Assembly: GCF_964204645.1 (NCBI RefSeq)
Contig: NC_134033.1
Span: 950,131-1,014,130 of the forward strand
DNA length: 64,000 nucleotides
Reading direction: 5' to 3'
Source of the DNA: Tubulanus polymorphus
Taxonomy: Eukaryota > Animalia > Nemertea
Below, piece after piece: positions 11,101 through 26,100 of this stretch. The stretch's first letter is position 1; each line of letters begins with the position of its first letter. Under the pieces are notes generated by a model, which saw only the letters and a program-made list of their open reading frames with translations, was not told the DNA's origin and searched no databases. Both the position numbers and the translations under genes were made by a program.

Positions 11101-14100
11101 AGTTTGAAGTTATGATCTAGTAAAGAGTTTCCGATGCTGGATCCTAGTTTTCCAGCCAATGGTATTCAGTTAGTTCCGTGCGATGGTCATCAAGCCGATT
11201 GTCATAAATTTCTAGATCTCTCCCTGTCCCGCCGCCCCAGAATTAGGTATTTTTACTTTTTCTTTGGTTTCGATTTTTTGGTGCCACGAGATCCAAAGCA
11301 GAAGAATTCTACACTATTTTAATTCTTTTTCCGATGCAGATTTTGAAAACAATAAAATATCCTCATAATCATTAGTGAACCACAATGATAATAATCTACA
11401 GGACTTAAAACAGGAAATAATGGTCAAGTCTTCATGAATAACCATGAACTGTGGGTGCAGAGACGCGAAAATCACTTGAAAAGTGGTTCGAAATGGAAAC
11501 ATTTAAAAATTTGTCAGTTATTACCATAGTTTATCATTGTTACAATGGTGGTTGTCACCTATGTTGAGGATTTACCGCTAGGGGCAACATTGAAACCCGG
11601 TCTATGAAATCGGGCCACGGTTGAGGATTTACCCCTAGGAGAAAATGATGTGGTCTATAAAACCCTGCCCAGATTATCAATAAACTTATTTGAAATTAGC
11701 TTCACTTAAAATGATTTGACTCAAATCAAACTTACTTTGATTGGTCTGACGCGTGCCCGTTTAGGGCTAACGGGGTCCTATAAAATAAAAACAAGTTGAA
11801 ATCAACATCCAGAATTTTCAAACATATTTCTGAAGGAAATCTCAATTTCAGATTATCTTAATAATCTTTGGTGAGCCACGAAAATGATAATCTACACAAC
11901 TAAAAAATGGAAATGAATAACCATGAACTGCAGGTGCAGAAACGACAACACCACTTGCAAAAAGGGCTTCAACAAACTCTCCACAATCACAAGAGGCACG
12001 TACTACCATCGCGAAAATCTTGTGCCTTTTTTTCCATGCCCAAAATAGATGTTCAAGCCACTTGGAAAGTGGTTTTTTTCGCATCGACAAACTCTCGTCG
12101 CAATCACAAATCATACTTGTAGTAAGCTTAAACTTTCACAAGATCCCGTCGGCAGGCGGACAGATGGAGAGACAGGCGGACAGACGGAGAGACAGGCACA
12201 CAGACGAACGGACTGTAAAATGATTTGATGAAATTCAAACTCACCGATGCCGGTACCTCGAGCTTCCTCTTCTATAAAATAAAAAATCAACTCTAGTTTA
12301 ACGACGTCAACAAAAATTCAGACATATTTCATCTGCAGTCGTTTGTGTTCAACTGTAAATTCAATAGAAATGTTCACAATATTTACCGGCACATTCACGC
12401 ACGTGTGGAATTCATTTCTCTACATAAAAAGAAAAACAAGAGCTCAATTTAGCATTTATGAAAATCAGAATAAATTATCTCGAATCTCGCATTTTTTTAA
12501 TAGCTTGGTTGACAGGGTAGACTATTGAAATATCATTTCGGAAAATTTAAAAAAAAAAGAACTCGCTCAGCGCGATAAACACAGTTTTTGAAGGAAGAGG
12601 GAACGATCGATAGGGCAATATACATATGTCCAAAACAATGATCCTTGGAAAGTTCGAATTCGGCACACAAATGTGATCAAAAAAAGAATAAACGCGCGGT
12701 TTTCAATTTTTTCATCATTCAAGCCGGGATTCTCATTCGGCGAAGGTGAAAAACTTTTTTGCTCGTTTTCCACTGAATTTGTTCCACGGATAGGAGTAAA
12801 AAAAAATTCTACTTTTGTTTGACTTTTCTTCAAATTTCGGGAGGCGGTTCCCGTAAACCAAGCTATTTAAGAAAAAGCCTCATCTGGTGAACCATCAACA
12901 ATAGTTATTATTACGTTATAGGTTGTTACTAATGATCGGATTTATGAGAACCACAACGGTATAGTGTACATTATGGAATAAAGTTCAAGTTTTTGTCAGT
13001 AGATGGCAGGCAGGTGGTATTTATAAAGTGACTGGGTGTCAACATGTGTAACTGAAATTGTCTATTGTAAACTTACGTCAATTTGCACAATACGCGCGAT
13101 TTCCGATTCCTAGAAATGTAAAGAAAAAAAATTCTGAAATCAAGTTTTGAATAACTATACCACGGATCAAAGATTCCATGATCTAAATTCTTAGTTGACC
13201 CTCGATTTAGAGGCTATTTTGAGGATAATTGAACCGATGGATGCTGCGTGACATGATTTCAATATTCTACTAACTCGGTCTGAAGAATATTCACATCGAT
13301 ACAAAACTGTGACCGAGCCGCAACTTTTAAACATTCTTAGTTTCACTTAAAAACATTGCTTCACGCTATTATCAATACCAATTTTACGAATAATATGAAC
13401 TCGGTAAGATGAATATTCGCATCGATACAAACTGTGACCGAGTGAGACTACTTTCAAACACTCTTTAGATATAACTGGCTTCAGCTGTGATTAATTTAGG
13501 ACCGAAGATACTACTCTATATAGCTTAATCAGTAGCGGATCCAAACTAGATTCCATTGTATTCCGGAATATAGTCAGAATAACATTTTTTTTTTTAAAGT
13601 AACTCGATCCAACAGAATGTCCCAGATACAAGGAAATTAGAACATATTTCAAAATTCTTATTGGTTAGGACCCCTAAACTGCGGCAGCTGCAGCGGTCAG
13701 GCAAAAAATATCTTTAAGGAATATAGCCAAATTCACCAGCCCCCCACGGAACTGCCCCTAAGTAATGACATTTTATAATTGAACCCATGATACCGTATAG
13801 CGGCAGCAAACAGATCGGTCACAATTACCAGTGTTTATGTTTTCCAACAACAAATAAGCTAGCAAAAACTAGGTGCCTTTAGCCTACGAGCAAAATTGGT
13901 CGTAGCTTTAGCCAAGTTTGACCTTGGTGGAGATATGCTATGGGATCTCTTAGAACATGGATAATTCAGCAGGAAAATCAATATCAGATTATAATAATCT
14001 GGTGAACTACGAAAATAATTATCTTTTACAACTTACGATAATGGTAGGAGCCTCGGGCTCCGGCGGCGGCGGCTCTGGGAAATCATCATTCTAGTAATCA

Positions 14101-17100
14101 AAATAACATGAAATATCATGAAAAATTCTAGCTAACCCTAAAAGCGAGTATATATGGAGCCACCCACTAATGAAAGGGATGGCTCCAAATTCACTGAGAA
14201 CGAGTAGGCGATCAAAAGGATATTTACCCAAAGGTCGTCGAATAAATTGATGTCCTATAAAAAAGAATACAAAAAATTTATTACGATAAAACGTACGTAT
14301 GTTTTTGGTAAATGACACTTACTGATCACAAGTGACATATGGTCACGATAGTATCACAATTGCTTGCCAGTGAGGCTAGGCGTTCACCAGAGCCAAGTTT
14401 CATAGATGTTGGGAAAAAATAATACCAGCTGGGATCATTTCGAAATTTTTCAGTTATTACCAAGGTTTTCATTATGAAGTTGTCACCTATGTTGAAGATT
14501 TACCTATAGGCAACCAACAGGGCTGCCAACCTCTGAAAAGTGCTATCAGTAACAAATTGTAATATGAAAATAAATGTTCAAATCAATCAGTAATCAACAG
14601 TAAGACCCTCAGTTAGATCTTTCATACTTCTCATATGCATCGAACAAAACAAATCAGTATTTCTTGTCATAAAAGAGTAACAAATATCGAAAATCAGGAA
14701 CAGTTGGCAACTCTGGGTAACATTGATATCCGGTTTACAAAATCGGGCTCAGGTTGAAGAAATACCTCCAGGGTATTATTGATATACAGTCTATGAAACA
14801 GGGCTAAGGTTATCAATATTTAACATCGATATCGAAAATGATTTAATGAAATTGAAACTTACCTCGTCACGCGGAATCTTCGGCGGGCTGACAGGTTGCT
14901 GTAAAATATTTTTAAAAAAGTTGAAATCAACATTCAGAATTTTGATACACATTGATAATAATCTACACGACTTAAAACAGGAAATAATGGTCAAGTCTTC
15001 ATGAATAACCATAAGCTGTGGGTTCAGAGACGTGAACATCACCGACCGACCGACCGACCGACCGACCGACCGACCGACCGACCGACCGACCGACCGACCG
15101 ACCGACCGACCGACCGACCGACCGACCGACCGACCGACCGACCGACCGACCGACCGAGGGTAGACCACTTTTTTTCCTGATTTTGTAGTATTAAGAATTT
15201 ATAAATCCCCTGTGTTTTCCAGGATTTTGGTAAAAATCTATCAAATTCCCCAATCTTTCTGATTCAATGAGATTGCCAGGTTTTCTAGGACATTAGCACC
15301 CTTGAATTGCTGAACAATGCCTATACCACTGGCGATTGTGAGATCCTATCTATGGACGAAAAGACAGATTGAAAGTAATAACGCGAGAACGATTCGATAG
15401 AATTCAAACTGACCTCGTCGACGGATCGGCATCGTCGCTTTCTGGTGACCTATAAAATAAACGAGCAACATTTAGATTTAATCATTTTTCATTTTCAAGT
15501 TCATGATCACGTGTAGTTCGGACATGGAAAGCATTTCATGAGAGAAATTGAGTGGAGCCGATTTAAGACTGCGAGGAAAGATATCAGTAATGTCAGTGAT
15601 GAGCGAAAACTAAAAACATGGCCAAAACTTACTTCTTTCGTTGTTGTTATTGTTGTTTGTTTGCACTGATGCCATGAAAGAAAAAAAGAGAATTAATTTT
15701 AGTTTTGTTATTTTATGTTCAGTAGCACACGTAGGTATCAATATACGTAATAAATGAGTTCTAAGCGACGGATGCCTCGTTATAGATATTGTTTTGATTC
15801 TGTATCGTTATTTAATAAAACGAACAGGAGAATTTTTATGACTTTGTTCCCGGTATGAAATACATTGGCTGTCAGATAGAAATGAACACGACAGAAAATC
15901 CATGATACAGAAAAATGCTGACTTACTTCCTTCGGTGGTGCTGCTGCTGTTGGTTTCTGTTGCAATAAAAGAAAGAAAATTCAGTAAGTTTTTTTTCTTA
16001 TATTTCATATACAGCAGCAAACGTTAATAAACACAGTAGACATAAAAACTGGACAGGTTTATATAGATATCTGTATCTGAAAAATGATTTTGATGTCATT
16101 AGCATAAATATCTTACATTAAGTTAAGTGCAATTCCTGAGTGCTAATGGATTAAAGTTGATGTTAAGACAGGATCATCTACGCGGGTATACATGGGAAAC
16201 GAATGACGCTTAATTATAAAATTGAACTTACTCGTGCAGGAATGGCCGCTGCCACTGCTGGATCTGTTGGTTTCTGTTGCAATAAAAGAAAGAAAATTCA
16301 ATAAGTTTTTTTTTTTTATATTTCATATTCAGCAGCAAACATTAAACACAGAAGACACAAAAACTGGGCAGGTTTAATATCTGTGTCTGGAAATCGATGG
16401 AAATCGCAAAAAATAATTGCCCATAGGCCGAGAGGTTTACCACAGCCTTATGAAATGCTTATATCAGATAACGAAATAGGGATGTAAAGTGTAAGGTGCG
16501 AGAAGTTTCGGTCTCGGTTAGAGAAATGAACGTAATCATAAAATCGTAATTATAAAATAGAAACTTACTCGTGCAGGAACGGCCGCTGCTGCTGCAGCTG
16601 TTGTTGTTGTTGTTGGTTTCTGCTGCAATAAAAGAAAGAAAATTCAGTTTTGTTTTAAATTTCATATTCAGCAGCAAGCGTTAATAAACACAGTAGACAT
16701 AAAAACTGGACAGGTTCATATAGATATCTGTATCTGAAAAATGATTTTGATGTCATTAGCATAAATTTCTTACATTAAGTTAAAATCAAACATGCCACAT
16801 GGTAAATCATTTTGAAGGGAATCGAACTCAGATTAAATTCTGTAACTTTTGACAAAATTCTGATGAAAAGCTCTTTAAGAATCGATTGTTATATTATTTG
16901 ATGATCATTGGTTTACATATATCTGTTGGTTAATATTATCAATGAACTTGTGGTCCAGTCGCCAATCCCACGCGAAAAATGATTTGGACGCTTGATAATC
17001 AGACTTATTTAATATTCAACGCCCCCTGGTGAAAATATACAAAAACCGTTGACCTTGAAACTCGTCACTATCATAGAAAATGTCGCTAGTGAACAGATGG

Positions 17101-20100
17101 AGAGATGAACAGACGGACAAAAAAGTCCATGATACAGAAAACTTCAAACTTACAAATGCTGCTGCTGTTTTTGCTGCTGCTGCTGCTGCTGCTGCTTTCA
17201 TCTGCTATAAAAGAAAAGAGAAGTCATGAATTTCTTGCGTTATTTCGTATTCAGTTGCAAACATTAAACATAGATCATATCTTGATTAAAACAAAAGAAA
17301 CAAAAAACAAGTTTTTTATCTGTGTTTGGAAAAACTCTGATATTTATGTAACTTTGAAATTGATATTTCTGTATTCGTTTGTTTTACGGTTTAAAAGATA
17401 TAAAGTCGATTAAACAGACAAATTCAAACTTACTTCTAATGCTTTTTTTTTCCTTTCCCTCTGGAAAGAAAAGAGAATTAATTTATTTAGTTTTGTTATT
17501 TCAGACTCAGTAACTGTGTGACCTAAATCCGCCTGTAATTATTCGAAAGAATTTACTTACTTCCATTTTTCTCTTCTCTTTCAGAGTCTATTAAATAAAA
17601 ACGATTCAATTAAATTCTTTTTCTATTTTCAAGAGTGATGAGAGTAATCAACAATAGAAATTGTTATCGGTGACGATAAACTAGAAATTATTGTGTGATT
17701 GTTTGGTATCAGCTGAGCTGTTAAAATGAGGAGAAACTAAAACTTAGCAAAGTGGCAACAACTGGAAGACAGGTAAAGAATGTTGCAGTCTTCGTAAAAA
17801 ACGACAGAGTTTACTTAATTTGTTATTGACTTCGAAAGAATTAAGCTTAGCCGTCTTAAAGCGAAGTTTCACGGGAATCCATCGAGAAATACAGGGCAAA
17901 CTTTGGTTTTTCGTCGCTAGTCGACCAATGGTTGGAAATCACTGAACGCACGATAGCTCAGTCGAAACATATTCCAGCCATCTTGGAATCATGAAGTCCG
18001 AACTACAGCGACCGTGCTCAATACCACAGTCGATCATTTCTGACTATAGTCATAACTGACATTCTGTTGCACTTAGTTCACAAATAGTCGACTAACTGCG
18101 ATAACCAAAGTTCGTCCAGGCTTTGTCGCGCTAAAAATAAATTCAAGATGGCCGCCGATGACATCCTTCAATAGGGGTTAACGTGTGCCCTATATCGCAC
18201 CGAGGATTGCAGGCTGGATGATGCTGGGACTGCACACACGGAGTAAGATTAGATGGCCCCCACAACCGAAGAAACATTAATATACTCTCATATTATAGTT
18301 GTCATAATCAAGTATGGATATTATTAACACTATTATTCTTACCTCCTGCGCGACGAGCCGGTCGCGTAGTTCGTGGGCGTACTCGTAGCAGTTGTCAACT
18401 GCTACTTTCGGCCCACGAACTACCACAATGGCGTGTACCCTCGGCGTATCTACGATCACTTGCTGTAAATAGAGAACAAAAGAGACTGTATGAGCATTTT
18501 AAATCAGTAGCAGTTTGAAAGTGATGAGAAATAAACGTCATTCACTGAAAGCTCGTTATATACAACAATGAATTTCAGTAATCTGTTCGTTTATAATCGA
18601 TATGAAATTATTAAAATGTTTTATTTTGGACGGAATTCTCAGGTTTATAATAAAACTAACAAATAGTTAGATAAGTCGTTATATCCAAAGTCATTTTAAC
18701 GTGAAAGTAATGAATTGAATACAAAATGTATAGAGCATTTTCACCCTTTGACTGTTTAATTTATGTAATCAAAGTGGCTCCCCCTAGGGTAAGCTGCACT
18801 TCCTTTGAAATCAATCTTTTTCACATTACCGGATGTTTTCGCGTCAGCGTCTTCTGGAACGAGGCCCTGAGCGACGTCCCCAACTTTAATTCGAAAACTG
18901 TTTCGATTTCCTGAAATATAAATGAAAAATTTTACATCTCCATAAATATCAATTAGAGGAAAACTGAAAGAGGTGTTTATTGACACCTTGAATGACACAT
19001 GAATTGCTTGTCAACGATTGACGATATATGAATTAATCGGGGTCGAATTCTGTATTTTCCTTTCATAGGAATGAAAGTTACGAAAGCAGTGTTGTCGTAT
19101 GTCAGTTACATCTTTATTCTTCAAGTTCTCCGTGTTCCTGTTCCGTCCGATGAGTCGGGGTAGTCAATCAGTGTGACTACTAGCAGGATCAATAAATATA
19201 TGTTGAATTTGAATATATCGATGATTGAATTGAACGGACCGGCAAAATCTCTAGTCTCTAGCCCCGATATATCAACGAGGTAATACCGGTACACAAATGT
19301 CTATTGTCAATAAGACATATATAAAATTTATCGAACAGAAAACATACAGAATGAAATATGTTATATTCAGAGTTGCCACTTATGTGAAGCTAAAAATCTG
19401 GAAAATAAGTCGGGGGTCTGGGGCCCTCCCCCAAAAATTTTTTAAATTAGAACGCCAGGAGATGCGTTCTGGCGCAATACGCGTTATAGGCCTCACTTTC
19501 ATTACCGCTTATAGATCTTTTTTTCAAATAGCAATTGGCTCCGGCAAATACACCTCATATATTAACCAGAGAGCCAAAAAACAAACGAAGCGTCAGTCGA
19601 TTTCGATCGTTGTGTCATCTTGGTTTAATCGTGTACTGCGCGCGGGGTCGTTGCCACTACGTGGCAGCACAATACGGCTTTTTCGAACTCTCTACGGAGC
19701 CGTCACGTTTTGATGTTTAGGGTCGAATCCCGAATTGATTTTATTTTTTTCGCGATGTTTTCTTTTGTGGTTATTTGACTTCTCCCGAAAATCCAGAAAT
19801 GAAATTGGATTTTTTTTAAAATCCGGAATTCCGGAGAAATCCGGAGAAGTGGCAACACTGTATATTACAAAATGGATAAGCGAACATTCACAATTGTAAT
19901 TGTTATTTTGAAATGCTTCAATATTGAAATCTTCACCTGTCAAGGGATTCGAACCCACTACGCTAAAGCTGTTCCCCGAACCCCTTGACCTCACGAGTCA
20001 TTGGAGTCGTTACTAGCCGACCAGAATCCGGTCGTACCAATCACAGCCCTTGTAACAAACCGTCAGTTGACTTATGTTGGTTTTCCCGTTAAATAGACCA

Positions 20101-23100
20101 ATCAGCGAACGTTTTACCGAACAAGGAAGTATTTCGCAAATCGATATATGACGTCACGCGCAACAGCGCCAGTAATGAAATCACGCTTCATGAGGCCAGG
20201 GGGCTGGTGGAAGCGAGTTCGGGAGTGATACCGGACCCCTGGCAAGCGTTATATTACAAAATGGATAAGCGAACATTCACAATTGTAATTGTTATTTTGA
20301 ATTGCTCCAATATTGATGACGTAGCGCACATTGACTCACACAAAACCATAGGCGTCCCCGAGGGGGTGCAGGGGTAGCGGACCCTTTTCAAGATAGCTAA
20401 CTTCTCAAGTTAACATGTAATCAATGTTCAAGATTTTTCTTGCCAATTTGACTTAAGTCCTTTAACTCTAAGTGATTCATTTAGAGCCTGGAAAACGTCT
20501 CTAAAGCCTCAAATTTAAAAAAAAGTTTTTTGGGGGAGGCCCCCCAAACACCAGACATTGTGCTTGGATGCTGGATTGATGCTTATTCGAACCCCGTATG
20601 AAAATTCCTGGGGACGCCTATGAGAACCTGTTTTAAATAACGCACAGGTATGAATGTATATGAACATCGTTGTAATTCCGGTTTTTACGGCATCAAAAAA
20701 GTTGCGATATTCGCTTCGCTATTAACACTCCCTCCCGTTAAATAATACAGTCGAATTACCAAAAAATTGCATCAAAAGATTGAATCGTGAGAGCATCTCA
20801 AAAACGACATTTCAATAAATTGTCGTTAAGCCCTTGGGTTGTTTATCCTATACCTGAAATTTAAGGAGTTAGCAAATAAATAGGTCGCTGAGCTATAATT
20901 AATTGGAGAGGCGCAGTGGCCAAGTGGACTAAGCCGCCGGTCACTGGTCTCATCAATCCAGGGTTTATAGGTTCAAACCTTTGTGACGACAGAGTTTCTT
21001 AGTCGAATGTTTTTCTCTGGTCTCTTAAACAACGAATCCACTTATAATGCCATGTGTGGCGCTTAGCGTTTTGAGGCTCTTAAAAAGAGCTATAATTCGT
21101 GCAAATTAGATCATTTTTCAAAAAATTGTTACCAATCTTTTCTAAGGGTCAGTCATACCCTAGAAACCTTTCAATTAACATTAAGCTCTATCTCTTACAG
21201 TTTTCACTCTATGGAGCTCGAAAGTTTCTATTGATTTTCCTACTTTTATGTTAACAATGATGGGCACTCTGAGTGTTTTTTTTTATCAAATCACCCGTGA
21301 GTGCTGAAAGAGTTATGCCCTTGGATGATATATACTGGGAGGAGGGTTGATCCGACGTGACTCCTTAACTCATTTCCACCCAAACACGTTCTCGTATGTT
21401 CGTTATCTCCCATCACATTCCTGCCAAAACCGTACTGGCAAAATGGTTGGCTTGTTTCTTAACTCAAACCCGTACTGATACCGTTGGCTTGATTCTTAAC
21501 TCAAAACCGTACCGATACGGTTGGCTTGTTTCTTAACTCAAAACTGTACCGATACGGTTGGCTTGATTCTTAACTCAAAACCGTACCGATACGGTTTGCT
21601 TGATTCTTAACTCAAAACCGTACCGATACGGTTGGCTTGATTCTTAACTCAAAACCGTACCGATACGGTTGGCTTGGTTCTTAACTCTAACGATAGATGG
21701 CGAATTCATCGCACAACACCAGTTAGTTTAATGCCTTTTACTACTAAACAAACTCATCAGTTGTTCTATACAGTGTGCGAGTGACATCATCTATTGAAAT
21801 GGGGGCTGAACACGCATGAACGAGCATATATTCTGCAAAATACTCCCTCTGCACTGGTTATCGCTACAGATTTTATCACTCTTAGAAGAAATGCCGCTTA
21901 TTTTACATGAAAATGCAAGACCAGATCAAAGATATAAAACAAATTTGATGAGAAGATATCTCTTCTTGTTTTTGTTTTATGAATCTCTGAAAAACACGGA
22001 AATCCTGGCAAAACGCAGCATTGCCTGAAAAATAGGCGTGGCAGGCAAAGAGTTACGAATGTTCTTCATTTATATTCCCGCTTTTTTCTCATATACCCTA
22101 ATTATTCACTCGCCTTAAGCCCGCCGCACCCGGCATAACATTTGTTTCGCCAAAACAGAAAACACACTTTTCAGAACACGTTTTGCCCACAAACAATAAA
22201 ATGTTCAACGGACACGACATTTTGCTGTTCGGCGTTTTGTGTTTTGCCTTCCCCGCACATCTCACATTTTCATCTCAAGTCTCAACATATTACAATTGAT
22301 AACCAGCCAACAGAACGGATACATCTAAACTTACTTCGATGTCTGGGGACGCCAACGTGGACCTCGTTCCAGTGTGATGCTGTAAAAGAATAAAATTCAT
22401 TAATACAAAGCCTAGGAATTGGTAAATCAACCATGGAAAACATCATCTTGTTTTGCAGAAAATCTACCAGGGGAAAGAAAAAAACGAGTCGGAATCTATT
22501 CAATCGTTGCGCTTATGAAAATCAGCACCAGTTTATGGGCATAAAAATGTGCGCCAAGAATTGAATTTGATGACCAATACAAATAAACCAAAAATAGACA
22601 GGTTTGATATCTGTAACCGAATTGGATTTAGAGCCGCCTTTTTTCAGGTCAAAAACGATAAGTTACGAAGGGAATCGAACTCCGATTAAATTCTGTAACT
22701 TTGATGATAATTCTGACGAAAAACTCATAAGAATCGGTTGTTTCAAGGTAACAGAAGAATTAATACTTACTGCCTTTGCTGCTGTTTGTTTACGCTGATG
22801 ACATGAAAGAAAAAAAGAGAATTCATTTTAGTTTTGTTATTTCACGTTCACACGTTAAATACAGTAAATATAAATACATCAATAAAAGAGATACATAAAA
22901 TATATGCACATATATCCGTGAGCAAATGCTTCCAGATTTTACTGTGTGCGCTAATATTATATAAAAAAAACTTGATTATAAAATAATTCTAAGTGACGGG
23001 AATTTATTTCATTGAAAGCAGGATTATTTTCATGACTTTGTTCCCGGTATGAAATATACGATGAAAATCACAAACAAATCATCGTCTGTCAGAAAGAAAT

Positions 23101-26100
23101 AAACACGACTAGAAATTCCATGATACAGAAAACTTCTCACTTACTTCTGGTGCTGTCGTTTTTGTCGTCGTCGTCGTCGCTGAATTCTGTCGCAATAAAA
23201 AAAAAAGAGAATTCATGAATTTCTTGCATTATTTCATATTCAGTAGCACACATTTAACACAGGAGATCATATTATAATTAAAACAAGAGACAAGTTTTAT
23301 ATCTGTATTTGGAAAAACCCTGATATTTCTGTATTCGTTTGTTTTAGGGTTTTATTTAAACAATATAAAGTCCATTAAACAGAAAAATTCAAACTTACTG
23401 TATTCGTCGCTGTTTGTCTGTTCTGTTGCAATAAAAGAAAAGAGAATTCATTAATTTCTTGCATTGAAACTCTGATCTCTGTAACTTTGATATTTCTGTA
23501 TTCGTTTGTTTTACAGTTTGATTCAAACGATATAGAGTCCATGAAACAGAAAAATTCAAACTTCTGTTGTCGTTGCTGCTGCTGCTGCTGCTGCTGCAGC
23601 AAACTGTCGCGATGAAAGAATAGTAATTAATTGCATTGTTATTTCATATTGAGTAGCACACATTTAACAGAGATCATTATTAAAACGAATACCAGACAGG
23701 TTTAATATCTGGAAAAAGATTTCATCAGAGTAAACTTGTTACAATGAGAGAAAACCAAAAACACCACGCGATAAATCAGTTTGATAATTCCTTTTATCGG
23801 GATATTTGCACTTTAAAAATGACAATTGTAATTATTATCATTACTATTATCGTTATTACTACGAGTTTGATGATAATTATGAACTATATGCGCAAATATA
23901 AGCGTATGTGTAAGTGAGCGCGCGCACAAACTGAAGACGAAATCAGTTACAACTTGCTTAAAGAGTTATGAAGTTTCAATGACTCTCAGCGAAAATGGTA
24001 GATATCATATTCCACCGAGGAGATTAATAGAAAACTTACAAAATGAATTTCCGCTTCTACTGTTATCTAGAAAAGAGAATTAACATTCATATCTATAAAA
24101 ATCATTCATTAAATGATCAATGAATCTAAGCGCCAGTTTTATGGAGACCAATGTTTACTTTAATAAATCTGGGTTAACTTGATTAAAAGTGAATTCAGTT
24201 AACTGAGCACGGGTTAAACATAATACCAGTCTAACCGGCTTCAGAGGACCAGGTTAAACAAAACAGGTTTACATAAAATGATATCATAAAATCTAAACTT
24301 ACTGGCGGCGGAATTTCCTCCAGGACTTCTGGCTGTTGGAAAAGAACAATAACATTCACATTCAGGTCAAAAACGATAAGTTACGAAGGGAATCGAACTC
24401 CGATTAAATTCTGTAATTTTGATGATAATTCTGTTGAAAAACTCATAAGAATCGGTTGTTTCAAGGTAACAGAAGAATTTCTACTTACTGCCTTTGCTGC
24501 TGTTTGTTTACGCTGATGACATGAAAGAAAAAAAGAGAATTCATTTTAGTTTTGTTATTTCACGTTCACACGTTAAATACAGTAAATATAAATACATCAA
24601 TAAAAGAGATACATAAAACATATGCACATATATCCGTGAGCAAATGCTTCCAGATTTGACTGTGTGCGCTAATATTATATAAAAAAAACTTGATTATAAA
24701 ATAATTCTAAGTGACGGGAATTTATTTCATTGAAAGCAGGATTATTTTCATGACTTTGTTCCCGGTATGAAATATACGATGAAAATCACAAACAAATCAT
24801 CGTCTGTCAGAAAGAAATAAACACGACTAGAAATTCCATGATACAGAAAACTTCTCACTTACTTCTGGTGCTGTCGTTTTTGTCGTCGTCGTCGTCGCTG
24901 AATTCTGTCGCAATAAAAAAAAAAGAGAATTCATGAATTTCTTGCATTATTTCATATTCAGTAGCAAACATTAAACACAGGAGATCATATTATAATTAAA
25001 ACAAGAGACAAGTTTTATATCTGCATTTGGAAAAACCCTGATATTTCAGTATTCGTTTGTTTTAGGGTTTTATTTAAACAATATAAAGTCCATTAAACAG
25101 AAAAATTCAAACTTACTGTATTCGTCGCTGTTTGTCTGTTCTGTTGCAATAAAAGAAAAGAGAATTCATTAATTTCTTGCATTGAAACTCTGATCTCTGT
25201 AACTTTGATATTTCTGTATTCGTTTGTTTTACAGTTTGATTCAAACGATATAGAGTCCATGAAACAGAAAAATTCAAACTTCTGTTGTCGTTGCTGCTGC
25301 TGCTGCTGCTGCTGCTGCAGCAGCAAACTGTCGCGATGAAAGAATAGTAATTAATTGCGTTGTTATTTCATATTGAGTAGCACACATTTAACAGAGATCA
25401 TTATTAAAACGAATACCAGACAGGTTTAATATCTGGAAAAAGATTTCATCAGAGTAAACTTGTTACAATGAGAGAAAACCAAAAACACCACGCGATAAAT
25501 CAGTTTGATAATTCCTTTTATCGGGATATTTGCACTTTAAAAATGACAATTGTAATTATTATCATTACTATTATCGTTATTACTACGAGTTTGATGATAA
25601 TTATGAACTATATGCGCAAATATAAGCGTATGTGTAAGTGAGCGCGCGCACAAACTGAAGACGAAATCAGTTACAACTTGCTTAAAGAGTTATGAAGTTT
25701 CAATGACTCTCAGCGAAAATGGTAGATATCATATTCCACCGAGGAGATTAATAGAAAACTTACAAAATGAATTTCCGCTTCTACTGTTATCTAGAAAAGA
25801 GAATTAACATTCATATCTATAAAAATCATTCATTAAATGCTCAATGAATCTAAGCGCCAGTTTTATGGAGACCAATGTTTACTTTAATAAATCTGGGTTA
25901 ACTTGATTAAAAGTGAATTCAGTTAACTGAGCACGGGTTAAACATAATACCAGTCTAACCGGCTTCAGAGGACCAGGTTAAACAAAACAGGTTTATATAA
26001 AATGATATCATAAAATCTAAACTTACTGGCGGCGGAATTTCCTCCAGGACTTCTGGCTGTTAGAAAAGAACAATAACATTCACATTCAGGTCAAAAACGA

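Noticed and set aside
14791-15168. (VGRS)n ORF
   Set aside because: Translation of the (ACCG)n microsatellite; only 14863-14898 is a supported exon.
19110-19137. Possible extra micro-exon
   Set aside because: 28 nt, in-frame TAA in phase 0, and no pyrimidine tract.
20908-20995. Functional tRNA genes (also 46125-46196 and 60905-60975)
   Set aside because: A/B boxes are present but the stems do not form a cloverleaf; the 20.9-kb copy has a TSD, so it is a SINE.
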